Source: Paraspadella gotoi
Taxonomy: Eukaryota > Animalia > Chaetognatha
DNA: 12,634 nucleotides
Assembly (NCBI GenBank): GCA_051294375.1
Contig: CM119264.1
Coordinates: forward strand, 25,840,743-25,853,376
Direction: 5' to 3'
Shown here: piece after piece, positions 9,170 through 12,634 of the stretch
Layout of the letters: every line of letters begins with the position of its first letter
How positions within the stretch are numbered: the stretch's first letter is position 1
Program-made: the position numbers and the translations under genes
Notes under the pieces: generated by a model
Told to the model about the DNA's origin: nothing
Database searches by the model: none
Seen by the model: only the letters and a program-made list of their open reading frames with translations

Positions 9170-9376
9170 ATAAAAGGGGGGCAAGAGGGTGAGGGGTGGA
9201 TAGGGGGGGAGAGGAGAAGGGAGTGGGTGGGAGGAAGAGGGGGAGGAGATATAGGGGGTGAGAAGATAAGGAGATTTGAAGGGAGAGGGGAGAGGTGAAC
9301 CGCGGGATGAAGGGATAGATAGGAGAATGGCGGATAGAAGTGGAGAGGTTGAAAGGGAACAGAGGGACGGGGAGAT
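9170..9376 (+). repeat. G/A-rich polypurine tract
   Basis: About 200 bp of mostly G/A with many G3-G7 runs. Confidence 0.85.
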
Positions 9377-10440
9377 AAGTCTTTTCGCTCTCCCCCCTAG
9401 AAAAAAAAATCGAGACTCGAGTTTGTTTTGCGTTTGTGAATCTCATGGAAAGTGATTTTGTCGCGTCGAATCCAATCGAGCAAAGAGGGGAAGGACCCAA
9501 CCAAGGGGAAAGGTTGAGCGCTGTTGCTGTTGAAAAAGGACGACCGAGTGTTTGGCTGTTGAAGAAGGATTAGCGCGCTTGGCTGTCGATAAGGGAATAA
9601 ACGATTGCCTAGCCTTCTAAGAATGATAGTAACAAGCTAGCAAATTGAAAGTTTGAACCAAGGTTTAAATAAAGAATTATTCTGCCTGTTGCATAGGGTT
9701 TTCTGAGTGACAGGCTAAAATATAGAATTTATTGAAATAAGTCATAGAGAACCTTAATGATACTAAAGTCAAAACGTTAACATTTATAGAATATTAATAT
9801 ATTAGCACGATTCTAGATGTATCACAATCTTTTTCCCAATATCATTAGCTTCCTAATAATGTTTGTAAGGTATTTTCAATCTTCAAATTTCTTAGTATCT
9901 TTGGCCTAATAAACTACCGATGGACATTCAACATTTTAATAATTTTTCAGCCAATCATCTCCAATGATGATTCTGTCGAAAAAGTATGATCAACGCTGGC
10001 GTCCGCTAACTAGATCTAATATAATAAATCCTGGCCACCGCCGTTGTTTCCCTCGTCGTCCTTTGAAACGCCCATAAAAAGGGGAAGAGTAAAAAATGAT
10101 AAATAAAGACGAGGATTAGCGGGAATCGGCTTTTGATGTGCGCTCGTTTCCCCGAGTTTTAAAAAAAAAATTGAGGCGATTAAAAAATTCTTTGATGGTG
10201 AGATTTTCCGCCGCAGACTTGATTTTCCCTTTTTGAAGATGATCGTCGCTTTGACGTCCATTGAATTAATCTCTCAGATATGCCGTATATTTGAGGGAAA
10301 ATTTAAAGATCGTTATTTGCCTGGGCGGTTTGGCATTCATGCTGTTAATTATCATATCAGAGATGTCCGCTAGAATTGCAAATTTAAACGGTTTTTAAGA
10401 TCGTTGAACTTTTCTCACGGTATAAACAAGATTTCCCTTC

Positions 10441-10524
10441 GATGCCATTAAGCCTGTTCCGATGCCATTACTCTCAGATGTCCATTTTAGCTCTCAGATG
10501 CATTTAGCTCTCTGATGCACATTT
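10441..10524 (+). repeat. ~17-20 bp minisatellite (consensus ~GATGCCATTTAGCTCTCA), about 5 units
   Basis: gatg-starting units at 10441, 10461, 10477, 10497 and 10514. Confidence 0.8.
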
Positions 10525-10774
10525 GGAAATTTATTTATATAACCATTGGCTCGCACATTGACACCCCATAACTACAATGCACTCAATTTGATGGCTTATG
10601 AGAGACACACCGAGATATCATCACGGCCCCCTCGTTTTTTTTGCTAGTTAAGCTATGTATGTTATCTTCCTTTTCGCTTTTAAGAGTTTTGAATGCAACT
10701 TACTTTTTTGCTCCCTTGAAAGTAAAACACTACACGAATTACTACATTATAGAGAAAGAATGTCCTGTAAATAA

Positions 10775-10927
10775 ATAAGGGGTAAAGTCGAGGGCGACAA
10801 GTCGAGCAAGCGAAAAGAAAAAGTCGTCAAGAAAAAGGACCAAGGAGACCGCTCTAAGAAGGCCACTAAGAAGCCACGAAAGGCCCGATTATCCCAACGC
10901 GATATAGCTGTTTTCGAAGTACTTTAG
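10775..10927 (+). CDS. Possible Lys/Arg-rich coding exon, product unknown
   Basis: 50 open codons below the ORF-track cutoff: IRGKVEGDKSSKRKEKVVKKKDQGDRSKKATKKPRKARLSQRDIAVFEVL*. It is not a simple repeat. An in-frame ATG at 10760 is separated from it by one TAA, and there is a possible donor gaa|gtac at 10919. Confidence 0.3.
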   Translation: MRGKVEGDKSSKRKEKVVKKKDQGDRSKKATKKPRKARLSQRDIAVFEVL

Positions 10928-11029
10928 TCTTCACAGTTTTCGAGGACTTCGTCGTCCGCTAGCTCGCCGCGTCTCGCTCTGCGACTTTTCGGAATTATCT
11001 CACTTTAATTTCCGTAAATACCATCTTGC

Positions 11030-11128
11030 GTCTCCTCTGACTGTCTCTCTCTCTCTCTCTCTCTTCTCTCCTCTCTCTCTTGTCTCTCGTGCCTTCCTCT
11101 CTCTCTCGTCCTCTCTTCTCTCTCTCTC
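11030..11128 (+). repeat. (CT)n microsatellite
   Basis: Interrupted CT run. Confidence 0.9.
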
Positions 11129-11413
11129 ATCTTTATAGAGAAGATACTTTTCTCTCCGCAAGGAACAAGTGGATGAAAGAAGAAGGTGATTCGCTGGCGT
11201 GTTGTTGTTCGCACTTGAAGAGGTTGTCCTGTGCCTGTAACTGGGCACGCGCGCAGAGTATAGGCATACAGACTTCTCGAGCTCTTTATTAAAGTTTTGA
11301 TAGATGTGAACATCATTAATTTTTTTTTAAACAGACTGACAGACCCGACGACAAGTGAAATTGACCTGAGTCAATCTTCAAACCGATTTCAACCAAGCAC
11401 CAACTTTCTTGAG

Positions 11414-11460
11414 CATTACTAATCGCCATTACTAATCGCCATTACTAATCGCCCTAATCG
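11414..11460 (+). repeat. 13-bp tandem repeat (CATTACTAATCGC)x3 plus a partial unit; also at 12301-12358
   Basis: Units start at 11414, 11427 and 11440, followed by cctaatcg. Confidence 0.93.
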
Positions 11461-11736
11461 AAACGCACCGCCGAACGTCAACCGCCCATCGTCGTCGTTA
11501 CGTGGGAAGTCGAGATAAAAAACTCATCACTAAAGAGAGCGGAACTTTTTTCGTCCTTTTTTTTTCAAACTAAAAAAGTTGGCATCTGTTTCGAGTCAAT
11601 ACTTTTTTTCCCGCTTTTTTTTTTCGGTTTGTTTTTGCCATTAAATTTCAGTTTTCATTTTTTCTCCCCCCCCCTTTTTTTTTTGCTCCTCAAAGATGGC
11701 GTCATGGTTTTGACAGCCAATTTTTTTTCCATGCAT
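11414..11736 (+). repeat. Direct duplicate of 12313-12624
   Basis: Near-identical from cattactaatcgc through cgttacgtgggaagtcgagataaaaaactcatcact to ttccatgcat. Differences are mostly single-base indels and homopolymer lengths. Confidence 0.96.
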
Positions 11737-11746
11737 NNNNNNNNNN
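11737..11746. other. Assembly gap (10 N)
   Basis: Run of 10 N. The sequence ending at the gap (...ttccatgcat) is repeated at 12313-12624. Confidence 0.97.
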
Positions 11747-12286
11747 TTTAAGTGGATAAAAAATGAGAAGACAATTTTAAGCCTAATGAGTAGAAGAAAT
11801 AGTTATGATTCAAAAGAAACTGTAAAGAAATTATTTAGAATTGTGATGATAACAAATAGAGGAGAGAAACATACAGATACCAGAGATCAAAATATCGTCA
11901 CCATTTTATCATATTGCCATTTGCCACATGATTATTATATTTGAAAGATTAACTGAAATTCGGAATAAAATAAAATCTTGACATCATGACAAGACGAACC
12001 CAGGGATTAAAGACGGTGGTAAGCTGAAGGTTGTCAAGCGAACAGAGTGCAATTCCTGGGAGTGGCACGATAGCGTGGAAAGCTTTATCACATTCGCTTC
12101 CATTTAAAAACCATCATCGACCGACGACGACGACGACGACGACGACGTTGCTGTGGCTTTTTTTAAAATAAATAATAAAAAACATAAAAAACTCAAAAAA
12201 AAAACTAAACATCCTATTTTCGATATCCGCCCCTTTCCTCCGTCCCCCTTTCATATCAAACAAATTTAATCCATTATGGTGGCCGC
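11747..12286 (-). repeat. Compact inverted copy of 378-2599, lacking ~517-1528 and 1761-2405
   Basis: Three collinear blocks on the minus strand match 378-516, 1529-1760 and 2406-2599. Confidence 0.88.
12123..12146 (+). repeat. (GAC)8 microsatellite
   Basis: Perfect gac tandem run. Confidence 0.92.
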
Positions 12287-12312
12287 AATTACATGTACTT
12301 CGCCATAATCGC

Positions 12313-12624
12313 CATTACTAATCGCCATTACTAATCGCCTTACTAATCGCCCTAATCGAACGACCGCGAACGTCAACCGCCCATCGTCGTCGTTACGTGG
12401 GAAGTCGAGATAAAAAACTCATCACTGAAAGAGAGCGGAACTTTTTTTTCTCCTTTTTTTTTCAAACTAAAAAGTTGGCATCTGTTCGAGTCAATACTTT
12501 TTTTCCTGCTTTTTTTTTCGGTTTGTTTTTGCCAATTAAATTTCAGTTTTCATTTTTTTCCCCCTTTTTTTTTTGCTCCTCAAGATGGCGTCATGGTTTT
12601 GCAGCCAATTTTTTTTCCATGCAT
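12313..12624 (+). repeat. Direct duplicate of 11414-11736
   Basis: Same alignment as for 11414-11736. Confidence 0.96.
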
Positions 12625-12634
12625 GAAATTATAA

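Noticed and set aside
10775-10990. Histone H2B or H1 call for the Lys-rich frame
   Set aside because: There is no histone-fold or globular domain sequence; the resemblance is compositional only.
10441-11460. Short repeats as a CRISPR array
   Set aside because: The units are 13-20 bp head-to-tail with no unique spacers, there are no cas genes, and the context is eukaryotic.
378-11736. Whole block as one missed-adapter (fold-back) long read
   Set aside because: The block is not self-complementary about its centre, and revcomp(X) does not precede Y inside it.

Overview
This is eukaryotic, animal-like genomic DNA; the taxon cannot be determined from the sequence. It is microsatellite-rich and mostly intronic or intergenic. 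I see no prokaryotic operon, RNA gene or CRISPR array. Two N gaps (353-377, 25 N; 11737-11746, 10 N) bracket an 11.4 kb block that looks like poorly polished long-read sequence, because parts of it recur in both flanks as indel-riddled copies. Those copies are 1-352 = revcomp 661-1027; 11747-12286 = revcomp of 378-2599 minus two internal segments; and 12313-12624 = direct copy of 11414-11736. The best-supported biological element is a ~645 bp fold-back (palindromic) MITE at 1761-2405 with TTAA-GG...CC-TTAA ends, and a copy of the locus lacking it lies in the same window. A tentative multi-exon Rab-like small GTPase gene can be pieced together on the + strand from four segments (about 3789-4132, 5031-5077, 8262-8320, 8613-8799). 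These carry degenerate G1-G5 motifs in the correct order, but the model needs frameshift corrections. Almost all supplied ORFs are translations of microsatellites.
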